From sequence record OQ095915.1: a stretch of DNA of 24,000 bases; one strand, given 5' to 3'. Of this stretch, positions 13,160-22,555 are shown piece by piece; positions within the stretch are counted from its first letter, which is position 1, and each line of letters begins with the position of its first letter. A model generated the notes under the pieces. That model was given only the letters and a program-made list of their open reading frames with translations. It ran no database searches and had not been told where the DNA came from. The DNA is from Vibrio phage Wyman. Position numbers and translations under genes: made by a program.

Positions 13160-13246
13160 GCTGGCGTGGTGGAATTGGTAATACACGTGGGACTTAAAAT
13201 CCCATGCCCTAGAGGATTGAGAGTTCGAGTCTCTCCGCCAGTACCA
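13160..13246 (+). tRNA. tRNA-Leu(TAA)
   Basis: Acceptor gctggcg/cgccagt, anticodon arm tggga-ctTAAaa-tccca, long variable arm, CCA. Confidence 0.95.
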
Positions 13247-13264
13247 AATTCCTAAAAACTTGAA

Positions 13265-13293
13265 TTGCGAAGTAGGTCAATCTCAAGTATAAT
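13265..13293 (+). promoter_or_regulatory. Sigma70-like promoter (TTGCGA-N17-TATAAT)
   Basis: ttgcga 13265-13270, tataat 13288-13293. Confidence 0.8.
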
Positions 13294-13323
13294 ATATACA
13301 TAAATTGAAGAAGGAAACAGAAT

Positions 13324-13950
13324 ATGCAAATTACAGTAACTAAAGCACTTACTGAAATCAAAAAGCTAGATAAGCAAATTGCTAAACTTACCCAACATGG
13401 TCAGTTCATTCTAGTATCTACTCGCGGTCGTGTAGCGGGTTTCGCTTCTGTTGAAGAAGCTGTCAAAGCTGTTAAAAGCAACTTTGACAAAATTCAAGCT
13501 CTGATGAAGCGTCGTGCTAACATCAAAGCAAAAGTTACAGCATCTAACGCTGCAACTAAGCTAACAATCGCTGGTAGTGAAATGACAGTAGCGGAAGCGA
13601 TTGAACGCAAAGATTCAATCGAGATGGAAGAACACCTTCTTCAAGTAATGAAGAATCAGTTCAACCAAGCTGTTAATAAACAGGTTCGTCACGAAGCACA
13701 AGTTCAAGACGAAATCGACCGTAAGGTTGAGCAAGTCTTCGGTAACGCGAAGAAAATCGACACTAACGATGGTACTTACAAGGCTATCCGTGAGCAAGTC
13801 GAAGCAGCTAACAAGTTTGAGCTTGTTGACACGAACAAGCTAGCGAATCAAATCGAGCAGTTGGAAGACCGCATCGACGACTTCCGTGCTAACGTTGACG
13901 TAGAGTTGTCCGTTTCTAACGCGACTACCAGCATCGAAATCGACGATTAA
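13324..13950 (+). CDS. Coiled-coil hypothetical protein
   Basis: Highly charged helical sequence MQITVTKALTEIKKLDKQIAKLTQHG... Confidence 0.78.
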   Translation: MQITVTKALTEIKKLDKQIAKLTQHGQFILVSTRGRVAGFASVEEAVKAVKSNFDKIQALMKRRANIKAKVTASNAATKLTIAGSEMTVAEAIERKDSIEMEEHLLQVMKNQFNQAVNKQVRHEAQVQDEIDRKVEQVFGNAKKIDTNDGTYKAIREQVEAANKFELVDTNKLANQIEQLEDRIDDFRANVDVELSVSNATTSIEIDD

Positions 13951-14271
13951 TAAAATTTCTAGGGGTTGGTGAAAAGAAGTAACTAGCTCACTCTTCCAAA
14001 GCGGTAGGGAGTATAAACAATACCGCTTACCAAACTAACTAATCGAAATAGTATGATAAATGTTTTCGGGCTTTGCCGCTCTAAATCATTTCCTTAGTAA
14101 AAGTTCAGCTTTTAGCGTTCAAGATTTAAGTGTTAGTTTTTAAGTTTTAAGTATTACGCCTTACACGCTTATGCTTTATACGCTTATCAAATCCCTGAGT
14201 AGTTTAGTGAGTGTCGAGGCTATTGACTCCATTCTTTGTACAGGGCTGCCAACATCCTAGAATACTATATT

Positions 14272-14296
14272 AGCCCTCTTTGTTGAGGGCTTTTTT
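14272..14296 (+). terminator. Rho-independent terminator
   Basis: agccctc-tttgtt-gagggct followed by tttttt. Confidence 0.88.
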
Positions 14297-14312
14297 GTAA
14301 GGACTGATTTAT

Positions 14313-14990
14313 ATGTTAGACATAACTAAAATATATAATACAAAATGTAGTGGAAGATTAAGAGTAGTTAATTATACCAATGCGTCTAATGTACTTGTGG
14401 AATTTATAGATACAAAATACAGAAAATCAACACGAGCCTCATATATTATAAGTGGTAGTGTTAAAGACCCATACTACCCCAGAATATTTGGTAAAGGCTA
14501 CCTAGGTGAGGGAGTTTTTAAAACAACCAATAATGGAACTCAATCCAAGGAGTATACATTATGGGTTAGTATGTTACGAAGATGCTATGATACTAAACTA
14601 CATATAAAATACCCTACCTATAGCGAGTGTAGTGTATGTGATGGTTGGCTGTGTTTTCAAACCTTTGCAAAGTGGGCTAAGGCAAACTTACCAAATTCAG
14701 ATGCTCACTTAGATAAGGATTTATTAATTACCGGTAATAAAGTATATTCACCAGAAACTTGTAAGTTTCTATCCCCACAGGATAATGCTCAACTTGCCAC
14801 AGGTACTCTAGGTAGGGTGGCTGTATTTAAACATAAAGTATCTGGTATAGAGTATAATGTTACCAACTTAACTAAATTCTCAGCAGAGCATGGGCTCAAT
14901 ACGTCAGCATTGTCCCAACTAATAAAGGGTACTAGAAAAACCCATAAAAACTTTTATTTAGTTAGGGTGTTTTATGACAAAAATTATTAA
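14313..14990 (+). CDS. HNH-like homing endonuclease candidate with C-terminal NUMOD-like DNA-binding motif
   Basis: KDLLITGNKVYSPETCKFLSPQDN resembles phage HNH-family signatures; C-terminus KVSGIEYNVTNLTKFSAEHGLNTSALSQLIKGTRKTHKNFYLV resembles NUMOD-type repeats. Confidence 0.6.
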   Translation: MLDITKIYNTKCSGRLRVVNYTNASNVLVEFIDTKYRKSTRASYIISGSVKDPYYPRIFGKGYLGEGVFKTTNNGTQSKEYTLWVSMLRRCYDTKLHIKYPTYSECSVCDGWLCFQTFAKWAKANLPNSDAHLDKDLLITGNKVYSPETCKFLSPQDNAQLATGTLGRVAVFKHKVSGIEYNVTNLTKFSAEHGLNTSALSQLIKGTRKTHKNFYLVRVFYDKNY

Positions 14991-15240
14991 TATAAAGAAT
15001 GAAGATTGTGATGTGTATATCGGTAGAGGCTCTCCATTAGGTAATCCTTTTTCTCGTGCCACATTTGGGAGATTAAAAGCAATCGAACTGTATCATGAAC
15101 ATTACTTACCTGCCATGAGAAAGCAAGGAAGAATTACGGACGATTACTTACGTTCTCTAAAAGGTAAAAGACTAGGATGCCATTGCAAGCCACAACCTTG
15201 TCATGGAGATAAGCTAGTAGAGATTATAAACAATGTTTAA
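14974..15240 (+). CDS. DUF4326-like protein
   Basis: YIGRGSPLGNPF...LKGKRLGCHCKPQPCHGDKLVEII is characteristic of DUF4326. Confidence 0.85.
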   Translation: MTKIINIKNEDCDVYIGRGSPLGNPFSRATFGRLKAIELYHEHYLPAMRKQGRITDDYLRSLKGKRLGCHCKPQPCHGDKLVEIINNV

Positions 15241-15604
15241 CCCATACGTAATCATTGGTGTACTTTCTGTATCGCTGGCAGGCGCAGGGTATTTTGGATA
15301 CTACCAAACCAAACAGCTAGGCGCAGCCGAAGCAAAGCTAGAAGCTGCCAATTTAGAAATTAAAAATAAAGAAGCTACCATTACACAGCTTCAAATCGAA
15401 AATGGAAAAATTATCGAAAAAGCTCAACGGTATCAAGCTGATGTTCAGCGTGTACAGATTGAGAAAGATAAAATAAAAGAAAAAGCCATTAAAGACTTAG
15501 GTAGGGTCGAGAAGATCGCTAAAAGAAAGTCAAAATTATATGAAAAATTAATAAATAAAGATTATAAGAATACACAACGTCAACTGGAGGAGCTAACTCA
15601 ATGA
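15233..15604 (+). CDS. Rz: Inner-membrane spanin (Rz-like)
   Basis: Single N-terminal TM followed by a long coiled coil; immediately followed by an overlapping lipoprotein gene. Confidence 0.75.
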   Translation: MFNPYVIIGVLSVSLAGAGYFGYYQTKQLGAAEAKLEAANLEIKNKEATITQLQIENGKIIEKAQRYQADVQRVQIEKDKIKEKAIKDLGRVEKIAKRKSKLYEKLINKDYKNTQRQLEELTQ

Positions 15605-15891
15605 GATATTTAGCTACTCTTCTATTGCTAGTTGGATGTGTGTCTGTAGAACCAAAACCTGATAATGTTACACTACAAACATATAAACCTACCAAACCAT
15701 CCCCAGTACAAACCTATAATGTAGACTGGAAGGTAGATGCTAATGGCAATGTTTATCTTTCTAGTGAAGACGGTGTTAAAGTAAATGCCGAGAGAAAAGA
15801 TACTCTAAGATATATTAAAGACATGCAAAATCTTGTATGTTACTACGAAGACTCATACTCATTCTGTAAGGAGAATATTAATGAAAAATAA
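15601..15891 (+). CDS. Rz1: Outer-membrane spanin lipoprotein (Rz1-like)
   Basis: MRYLATLLLLVGC lipobox with Pro-rich region, ATGA overlap with the i-spanin. Confidence 0.7.
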   Translation: MRYLATLLLLVGCVSVEPKPDNVTLQTYKPTKPSPVQTYNVDWKVDANGNVYLSSEDGVKVNAERKDTLRYIKDMQNLVCYYEDSYSFCKENINEK

Positions 15892-16528
15892 ATGCACCGC
15901 TGGCTTTGCTCGTTCAGGAAAAGATACTTTTGCAGGATTTCTAGCAGATAAGCTAAATATGGATACATACGCCCTAGCTCAACCTATTAAGGATATTATG
16001 TGCGCTCTATTTGGTTGGAGTGAAGAGCATCGTGATGGTTCTTATAAAGAAATAGACATGTTGTACTCAATCTCACCTGAAACTCTTGATCAAGCGGGTA
16101 TTCTATATAACCAATATGGACTAGACACCTATGAAGCATTTCATGATTGCTGGGATAAGCTTGTAATTCTATTCGGTATAGAAATTAAAGAAGATGATCT
16201 AGGTTACTGTGTAATTAGTCCTAGACGCGCATTCCAACTATTTGGCACAGAGTGGGGCAGAGCCCTCCATGATGATATTTGGCTAGAGATTGCTCCTAAA
16301 GAGAATACCATAATTACAGACGTTCGGTTTGATAATGAAGCTAAGTATTTCAGTGCGTTAGGTGCTGAAATAATTCATATTGAACGTCCTGGATTCAGAC
16401 CAGTAACAAATGGACATGCTAGTGAAGCTGGTGTATCCTACGAACTTGTAGACTTCTTTATTGTTAATGATAAAGGATTAAAAGAGTTACAAGAAGCCGC
16501 CAACGAAATAGCTAAGTCAGTGAAATAA
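15881..16528 (+). CDS. Deoxynucleoside monophosphate kinase (T4 gp1-like)
   Basis: P-loop-like GFARSGKDTFAGFLADKL, SPRRAFQLFGTEWGR, NTIITDVRFDNEAKYF, HASEAG motifs. Probable start 15881 with SD aaggag; track start 15833. Confidence 0.88.
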   Translation: MKNKCTAGFARSGKDTFAGFLADKLNMDTYALAQPIKDIMCALFGWSEEHRDGSYKEIDMLYSISPETLDQAGILYNQYGLDTYEAFHDCWDKLVILFGIEIKEDDLGYCVISPRRAFQLFGTEWGRALHDDIWLEIAPKENTIITDVRFDNEAKYFSALGAEIIHIERPGFRPVTNGHASEAGVSYELVDFFIVNDKGLKELQEAANEIAKSVK

Positions 16529-16537
16529 ATAAGTTTA

Positions 16538-16566
16538 AGCCCTTGCAGAGATGCAGGGGCTTTTTT
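16538..16566 (+). terminator. Rho-independent terminator
   Basis: agcccttgca-gaga-tgcaggggct followed by tttttt. Confidence 0.9.
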
Positions 16567-16611
16567 GTATCTGAATAAAATGATCTTCGTGTAACATCTA
16601 TTAAACATTTC

Positions 16612-16640
16612 TTTACATTTTTGTAAAATTCTCCTATAAT
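16612..16640 (+). promoter_or_regulatory. Sigma70-like promoter (TTTACA-N17-TATAAT)
   Basis: tttaca 16612-16617, tataat 16635-16640, after the terminator and before structural-like genes. Confidence 0.75.
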
Positions 16641-16683
16641 ATTAACAAATGTTGAACAAATATTTATAAGGAGAAAGAAATAA

Positions 16684-17019
16684 ATGGCATATCAAATTTT
16701 TACAAGTGACAAGAAAGGTATTGGTGAAATCATTGAACTACCTATCTCCCCAGAGTACGCTCACTGTTTTGCAGGAGTTCGATACTTCGATTCTAACGAT
16801 GATCAAATAGTTCCTACATCTGGCTCAGTAAATATTAAAGCCAGGCACCTAACTAATAACAACTATGATGACGTAGTTAATGCGGATCTAGATGCATCAG
16901 AAGCAGGTGCGGAAGCAGAATGGGGTGGTAATGTTACCTCAGTAAAAGCAACGCCTTCTAGTCTTGCCGGAACAGATCTTGCTACATATCAAGTAGTGGT
17001 TGTTCAAAACCTAAGTTAA
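16684..17019 (+). CDS. Probable virion structural protein
   Basis: SD aaggag; MAYQIFTSDKKGIGEIIELPISPEYAHCFAGVRYF...; precedes fibre genes. Confidence 0.6.
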   Translation: MAYQIFTSDKKGIGEIIELPISPEYAHCFAGVRYFDSNDDQIVPTSGSVNIKARHLTNNNYDDVVNADLDASEAGAEAEWGGNVTSVKATPSSLAGTDLATYQVVVVQNLS

Positions 17020-17030
17020 GGAGAAAAAAT

Positions 17031-17168
17031 ATGGGATTTGGCCCAGCCTATGGTACTGGTAGGGGCGGTGGAGCAGTAGACATCTTTACTAAAAAGATGG
17101 TAACCCTGCCATTTTCGCCAATACTGGTGCTAGAGACACATACTTTACAACAAACCCTGACGAACTAA
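17031..17168 (+). CDS. N-terminal segment of the fibre gene in frame 0 (45 aa before a stop)
   Basis: SD aaggag then ATG at 17031; MGFGPAYGTGRGGGAVDIFTKKMVTLPFSPILVLETHTLQQTLTN, TAA 17166-17168. Confidence 0.6.
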   Translation: MGFGPAYGTGRGGGAVDIFTKKMVTLPFSPILVLETHTLQQTLTN

Positions 17169-20083
17169 CAAAAGTTAAGTCTTCAGGTAATGCAGTAGCA
17201 ATAGGTACTACTAACCAAATAACAGCCGCCTATGTATATAAAGGTAACACATGGCAAGCAATAGCAACTAACTTCAAAGGTGACAAAGGTGCGCCGGGAG
17301 CACCTGGTGATGGTATTGACTACAGCCACCTAAGAGATAATCAACTGCCTAAGTGGGACTCGAAAACTAAGATGTTTGTTAGTTCCGGTGTACGCTCCCT
17401 AGAAGATGGCTCTATCTCCCTAGAACCAGCGTCAATGCACTTAGGCTCTCACACTATTTCTAGCAGTGCTGAGAACGTAACATTCACTAATATTGTTACA
17501 CGAAAAACATACTCACCTTTATGGCAAGAGGTAGCGCCAGGAGCTAAGACAGGATATATTAGAGCTCATGGTGAGTACCAAAATGTAATACTAGAGACTG
17601 ATGGTTCTGTTGACTTACTGAATCCATCATTTATATACACAGCACCTGCGGATGCATCTCTATTTGGTGCTACAATAGAGTTATCAAGGGATGCTACAAA
17701 TGTAGAAATACATGTAGAGTTCAATAATGAAGAACTATGGTTAGCTAGACTTGGAGATTTATCAGCAGGCGAAAGAAAAATATTATTCAGTAATCCAGCT
17801 GATTTCAAGATGGGGAATAATTACAGGGTAATAATTGATAGCTCTGATGGGTCTGAGGTTATTCTAAAAGGTAGTAACTTCAACACACCAAAAGCAACCC
17901 TCCATGCAGCGAAATGGGAAGATAGGGTAGTCACTTCTATGAGAGAAGGGGCACTAGAAACCGGTGATGTCCCAGTATGGTCTGAGAAAGAAAATGAGTT
18001 TATAAAAAATAGTCTAAGCGTTACTCCTGCTGGAGGCTTGGAAGTTAGCGCAGATGGAGTAAAATTAGGTACTACAAAAGTAACTTCTTCATCATCTGGT
18101 CTAACATTTAACTCAGACCTAGACTTATACTCTTATAAACCTATAGTACAAGCTGTAGAAGAAGACTCAACGGCTGTATACTCCAGAATCTATAAAGATT
18201 CTGAGGATTTCGAGGTAAATACTACAATAGGTAAGGAGATAGTATCTCCTATAGTATCGTATACTCCAACAGAAAATGTGACACTAACTGCACTAAAAAT
18301 ACATTTATCTAAAGATGTTTCAGTACTTAGAGTGAGCATTTTCCAAGGAATTAGAGAGGTATCAACAATTGTTGAAACTAATGTATCTGCAGGGCAGCAT
18401 ATAATCCAGTTAGAGGACTATCCTGACTTAAAAGCAAATACAGAATATAGGTTAGCGTTTACAGGTACTAATAAAGATGGTACTACTGATTTTAAATTAG
18501 TGGGGGATTCATTACCTTATTTAGTAATAAGTACAATACCTTGGTCTGGGCATGAGTTAGCTAGTAGAAGTTGGGTTTCTGACCAAATCAAGGCCGTGGC
18601 TCACGGTACAGATAAGTTCTTAGTGGAAAGAACAGCGTCACCAACATATTATGTACCGGCTGATAAGGCGTTTGAGCAAAGAACCACATTTATATATTCT
18701 GGAGTAGAGAATGGTCGTTTTATTCTACCAGATATTAGTAATCCTGCGAATCACCCAGGTGGATCTCTTCTTTTACTAAAAAATGAGTCTAGTACTAGTA
18801 GCCCACTAAATGTAATAACGTCGGCTGGGGCAGGACTAAATACTAGATCTGTAACATCAGCTTCAGTACCATTTAGTCACGTGATGTTATTTATAGCAGA
18901 TATAAGTAATAACATTTGGATAATGCTACCTCTAGTAGGTGGTGGAACTGGTGGGCAAACACTAGATACAGATAAGGTGGTAAAAAAAGTTGGAACTAGT
19001 GTATCTGGTAATCAGTTGGTTGTAACTTATTATGATGATTCTAGTGTTACATTGGACTTTGACCCTTGGGTTGATGATATAACCAAACTAAACACTGCTG
19101 TAGCTTCCTTTGAGAAACAACTGAAATCTAGAACTAGGTTCTATATTTATAAAGGTGATAACTCTACACCCCCTGATTTCCCAAGAGGTAATAGGGGTGG
19201 TTACTACTTAACTTTCTATGGTTTAAGTGCTGCAGCAGACTTTACCCTACCTACAGGGGCTAGAGATGGTACTGTATTATTCCTAGACAACGACTCTACT
19301 AGTTACTCTGTTACTGCTACAGCAGGTCAAGGGGAGACTATAGCCACTCAAGGTAAGGTGACACTAGTTCCAGAAAGCACTGCTTGGTATGTGAAGAGCG
19401 GTACAAACTGGCAAGAATTATATTCTGGTTACTTACCAGCCTCGCATAAGAAGCTGATAGATGAGATTAAAACTCTAATCTCAGCAAGTAATACATTCAT
19501 GCGAGATGTTGGTGTACAGGGCGATGATCCTAGCGCTGGTAAAGTAGAGTGTACAGAGCTAGAGTTCCATAAGTGTAAGGTAACTCAGGATACTACAGTA
19601 CCTACTAAAGGTATTGTTAAGTTTGAAGGTACTACGTTTGTAAACCCAGACGGTTCAGAAATAACTACTGATAAAATCAAGCTAGTAGGTATGGAATTAG
19701 TGGATCCATTAGACGGAACTCCACCTAAACTATTACTACATGGCAGCGGTAACTTACCTACACCACACCCAACTAGCGGTTATGGTTTCTTTAGTGATTC
19801 TGCTACTGCTCCTGATACTATTAACTTAAATAGTCTTCCAGTGTTTAGGAATGGTAGAGTAAGCGTCCATAAAGACACCGCGGATCCACAATATGCATAT
19901 ATCTTACTACCACCAGGTGAAGGTGCTGACGCTGATCGAATTGGTGAGCTAGGTGGACTTCCTTCTTACTGGGCTAAGAGTGAGAAAATCTATAATATTG
20001 GTGGCGTATCAAGAACATATACAGTGTTCCGTTCTCCTTATCCATTCAGGGAACAGGACTTAACATTAGTAATATATCATTAA
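17093..20083 (+). CDS. Large tail-fibre-like protein in the -1 frame, without its own obvious start
   Basis: Open from 17093 (KDGNPAIFANTGARDTYFTTNPDELTKV...GDKGAPGAPGDGIDYSHLRDNQ) through track ORF 17372..20083. Gly-X-Y-like linker, repetitive beta-rich sequence. Preceded in the same frame by TAA at 17090. Confidence 0.75.
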   Translation, partial: KDGNPAIFANTGARDTYFTTNPDELTKVKSSGNAVAIGTTNQITAAYVYKGNTWQAIATNFKGDKGAPGAPGDGIDYSHLRDNQLPKWDSKTKMFVSSGVRSLEDGSISLEPASMHLGSHTISSSAENVTFTNIVTRKTYSPLWQEVAPGAKTGYIRAHGEYQNVILETDGSVDLLNPSFIYTAPADASLFGATIELSRDATNVEIHVEFNNEELWLARLGDLSAGERKILFSNPADFKMGNNYRVIIDSSDGSEVILKGSNFNTPKATLHAAKWEDRVVTSMREGALETGDVPVWSEKENEFIKNSLSVTPAGGLEVSADGVKLGTTKVTSSSSGLTFNSDLDLYSYKPIVQAVEEDSTAVYSRIYKDSEDFEVNTTIGKEIVSPIVSYTPTENVTLTALKIHLSKDVSVLRVSIFQGIREVSTIVETNVSAGQHIIQLEDYPDLKANTEYRLAFTGTNKDGTTDFKLVGDSLPYLVISTIPWSGHELASRSWVSDQIKAVAHGTDKFLVERTASPTYYVPADKAFEQRTTFIYSGVENGRFILPDISNPANHPGGSLLLLKNESSTSSPLNVITSAGAGLNTRSVTSASVPFSHVMLFIADISNNIWIMLPLVGGGTGGQTLDTDKVVKKVGTSVSGNQLVVTYYDDSSVTLDFDPWVDDITKLNTAVASFEKQLKSRTRFYIYKGDNSTPPDFPRGNRGGYYLTFYGLSAAADFTLPTGARDGTVLFLDNDSTSYSVTATAGQGETIATQGKVTLVPESTAWYVKSGTNWQELYSGYLPASHKKLIDEIKTLISASNTFMRDVGVQGDDPSAGKVECTELEFHKCKVTQDTTVPTKGIVKFEGTTFVNPDGSEITTDKIKLVGMELVDPLDGTPPKLLLHGSGNLPTPHPTSGYGFFSDSATAPDTINLNSLPVFRNGRVSVHKDTADPQYAYILLPPGEGADADRIGELGGLPSYWAKSEKIYNIGGVSRTYTVFRSPYPFREQDLTLVIYH

Positions 20084-20095
20084 GGAGTTAAAGAT

Positions 20096-22555
20096 ATGAC
20101 AAAATTAACTGTAGGTACTCCTGTCACGTCCCCACTTACTCCGGGGCGTGACGATACCAACATTTGGCCAACCCACCTAGCTAAATATGGTGGAGGAGGC
20201 CTGCATTTTGCTCCTGATATCGCTAGCAGGGATAATTTATCTCTGCCTAGACGAGTTGGAGCAACAGTATTAGTAGACTCTAATGCTGATGGAGAACGCC
20301 AAGCATTTAAGTGGACAGGTGTCAACGATGATGGTACAAAGGCAGATGGTTCACAAGGTACATGGGAACCCACCGAGCTAGGCACACAAGATACCTTCTC
20401 TGGACTTACATTTGTTAATGCAGATGGCAGTACCACATCTGATATCAGCGTGTTAGCGCTTAGCGGGCTCACGCTAAGCGGAGACCCTACTAATGGGTTT
20501 ACCTTAACTAGCGACACAAACGGAGGTATCAATATCGGCACTCTTGGTGACGACTCTACCAAGACTAAAGCAGATACGTTAGAGGTAGAGTGGCCATTAC
20601 AAGCATATAGTGATCCAGATAAGGCGGATACCGCTAAGGTGTCTTTAAAGCATGGATTATGGCAATTAGCTGAAGCCCCTAACTATCTAGCATACCTAAG
20701 TGATGAGGAAGGCATCTTAGCTAAAGTTAGAGTACAGGGAGGTAAAACTGAAGAGGACTTTACATTTAATCATGCTAAGTCTACTAAAGGTAAAATCTGG
20801 CCTGATTATGTTATCTGCCCACCAGGAAACTACATCGAGATAAAACGAGATGACAAATTGATTGGGTTACAAGAGGCAGACGACAAAGACCCTAACATTA
20901 GTGGCGGCATGACTTATTATATCGCATTTGTAGTATCTCCTTTAGGTAAAGCTCCTGTTGGGTTAGGGTTTATTAGACCTTACCTATTCGACGAAGCTAA
21001 GGACGATTTCGTAATGGACGTCAACGGGCACCCTCTAGGTACTCAAGTAAACTACAGGTCTGGACAAAGTCTAAAGCCTTCTGGAAATCCGATACTGGTA
21101 ACAGGTTTGGTGAACGAGAAAGGCTTGGATGAATTCTCTATGATTGTAGAGGACGACTTCCCAGAAGGTAAGATTGTACTTGGCGACATGCTGTCCGGCC
21201 CAACTGGTATTATGATACAAGCAATTACTAAAGATAGTAAGTCTGGTAGTGCCTTACGCCAGTTCCAACTAGACACAGGTATAGTGCTAAGAGATGTTAT
21301 TAAGTGGGTGGATCAAATAGAGTGCTCTCTAGCTTGGGGTATAAAAGGGTATTACGTACCCGCAACTTGGATTGCCTCTACTAAAGGTTGGCCAATGCCT
21401 AAGCGAGTAAGTTTATTTAATATTACTCCTGCTAAAATTTCTGTAGAAGATGGCTATTTAAGTATCGCAGCAACTACGGCAAGACAAGAAGATCAGGACA
21501 AGTATGGGGAACCTACTGTACCTTGTGATTTCTACGTAAGCGATATTTGTGATGCTGACCATACTAACATGATGGGAGGTAAGGAAGTAAGATTTGGGCT
21601 AACCTGTAAAGATAGTCTAGAAGATATGATCGTATCTCTAGTCTACTGGGACGGTACTCCAGATGAATACTCAGTAGTGTTTGACACTAGAAGTGGCGGT
21701 ACTCCTGTTCTTAAAGATGGCTGGCATAAGCTTACTGCTACAGAGGTATCTCAAAATACAGTAGGTAGGGATGTTACCATAATTGGTAAGGCGGTACTTC
21801 CAGCAACTGCTACAAACTACGGTGTTATCGCATACCCTAAAACAGTAAATCACAGAGCAGATATTGAAATCAAAGACTTGTTCTTTGGGGCTGAGACTCC
21901 ATTTACAGGATTTATATCAAAACGCCCTAAGTACCCTAGTGAAACGGCAATAGAGTACCATGAAGAAAAAGGTGTATTCTCCCAAGATAATGAGAAATAC
22001 GTTAGCTTACGCTACACCTTAAACCCAACCAATGGTGACGCACAGGGTAGTCCCCTGCCTTGTGGTGAATTAGTAAGCGGAGCTCTAGATGTTGCGGTAG
22101 ACCCTAGAGTAAATAAAGTTGCAGGCTCAGGAGCAACTGGCGGTGAGGGTGCGTTGCAGTTCTCAAACGATGGTAAGTTCCATAACTACTATGAGTTTAA
22201 GAGAAATGGCCAAACAGAGACATCCCATAGTCATGTATTCATACATCCTGGGGAAGCACTAAAAAAACCAGGCGACGTAGCTACCGTAAAACTATTCTGG
22301 TCTAAGGTATCTTTTGATGGACAATCCTTCTCTAAAATTCCAGCTTCGGAAACAGAGATTATTGTGAGGTATGGGGATGCTCCGCAGATGGTAGTACTAA
22401 ATGACTTCTCACTAGACCTACAGGGTGGGGATAGAATAGCATTCAGAGGATGGTGTAGTGTCGCTGATGGTGCTTACTTAATCTCTAATAGTAAAACCAG
22501 ACCACTAGTAAACACCTCTGTTTACTACAAACGTCTAGAGATCAAAAAATCATAA
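20096..22555 (+). CDS. Large tail-fibre/virion surface-like protein
   Basis: SD aaggag before MTKLTVGTPVTSPLTPGRDDTNIWP...; beta-rich, Gly/Thr/Asp-rich, adjacent to the first fibre gene. Confidence 0.7.
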   Translation: MTKLTVGTPVTSPLTPGRDDTNIWPTHLAKYGGGGLHFAPDIASRDNLSLPRRVGATVLVDSNADGERQAFKWTGVNDDGTKADGSQGTWEPTELGTQDTFSGLTFVNADGSTTSDISVLALSGLTLSGDPTNGFTLTSDTNGGINIGTLGDDSTKTKADTLEVEWPLQAYSDPDKADTAKVSLKHGLWQLAEAPNYLAYLSDEEGILAKVRVQGGKTEEDFTFNHAKSTKGKIWPDYVICPPGNYIEIKRDDKLIGLQEADDKDPNISGGMTYYIAFVVSPLGKAPVGLGFIRPYLFDEAKDDFVMDVNGHPLGTQVNYRSGQSLKPSGNPILVTGLVNEKGLDEFSMIVEDDFPEGKIVLGDMLSGPTGIMIQAITKDSKSGSALRQFQLDTGIVLRDVIKWVDQIECSLAWGIKGYYVPATWIASTKGWPMPKRVSLFNITPAKISVEDGYLSIAATTARQEDQDKYGEPTVPCDFYVSDICDADHTNMMGGKEVRFGLTCKDSLEDMIVSLVYWDGTPDEYSVVFDTRSGGTPVLKDGWHKLTATEVSQNTVGRDVTIIGKAVLPATATNYGVIAYPKTVNHRADIEIKDLFFGAETPFTGFISKRPKYPSETAIEYHEEKGVFSQDNEKYVSLRYTLNPTNGDAQGSPLPCGELVSGALDVAVDPRVNKVAGSGATGGEGALQFSNDGKFHNYYEFKRNGQTETSHSHVFIHPGEALKKPGDVATVKLFWSKVSFDGQSFSKIPASETEIIVRYGDAPQMVVLNDFSLDLQGGDRIAFRGWCSVADGAYLISNSKTRPLVNTSVYYKRLEIKKS

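Noticed and set aside
20080-20562. Track ORF - strand (160 aa)
   Set aside because: Antisense to the start of a well-supported fibre-like gene; likely compositional.
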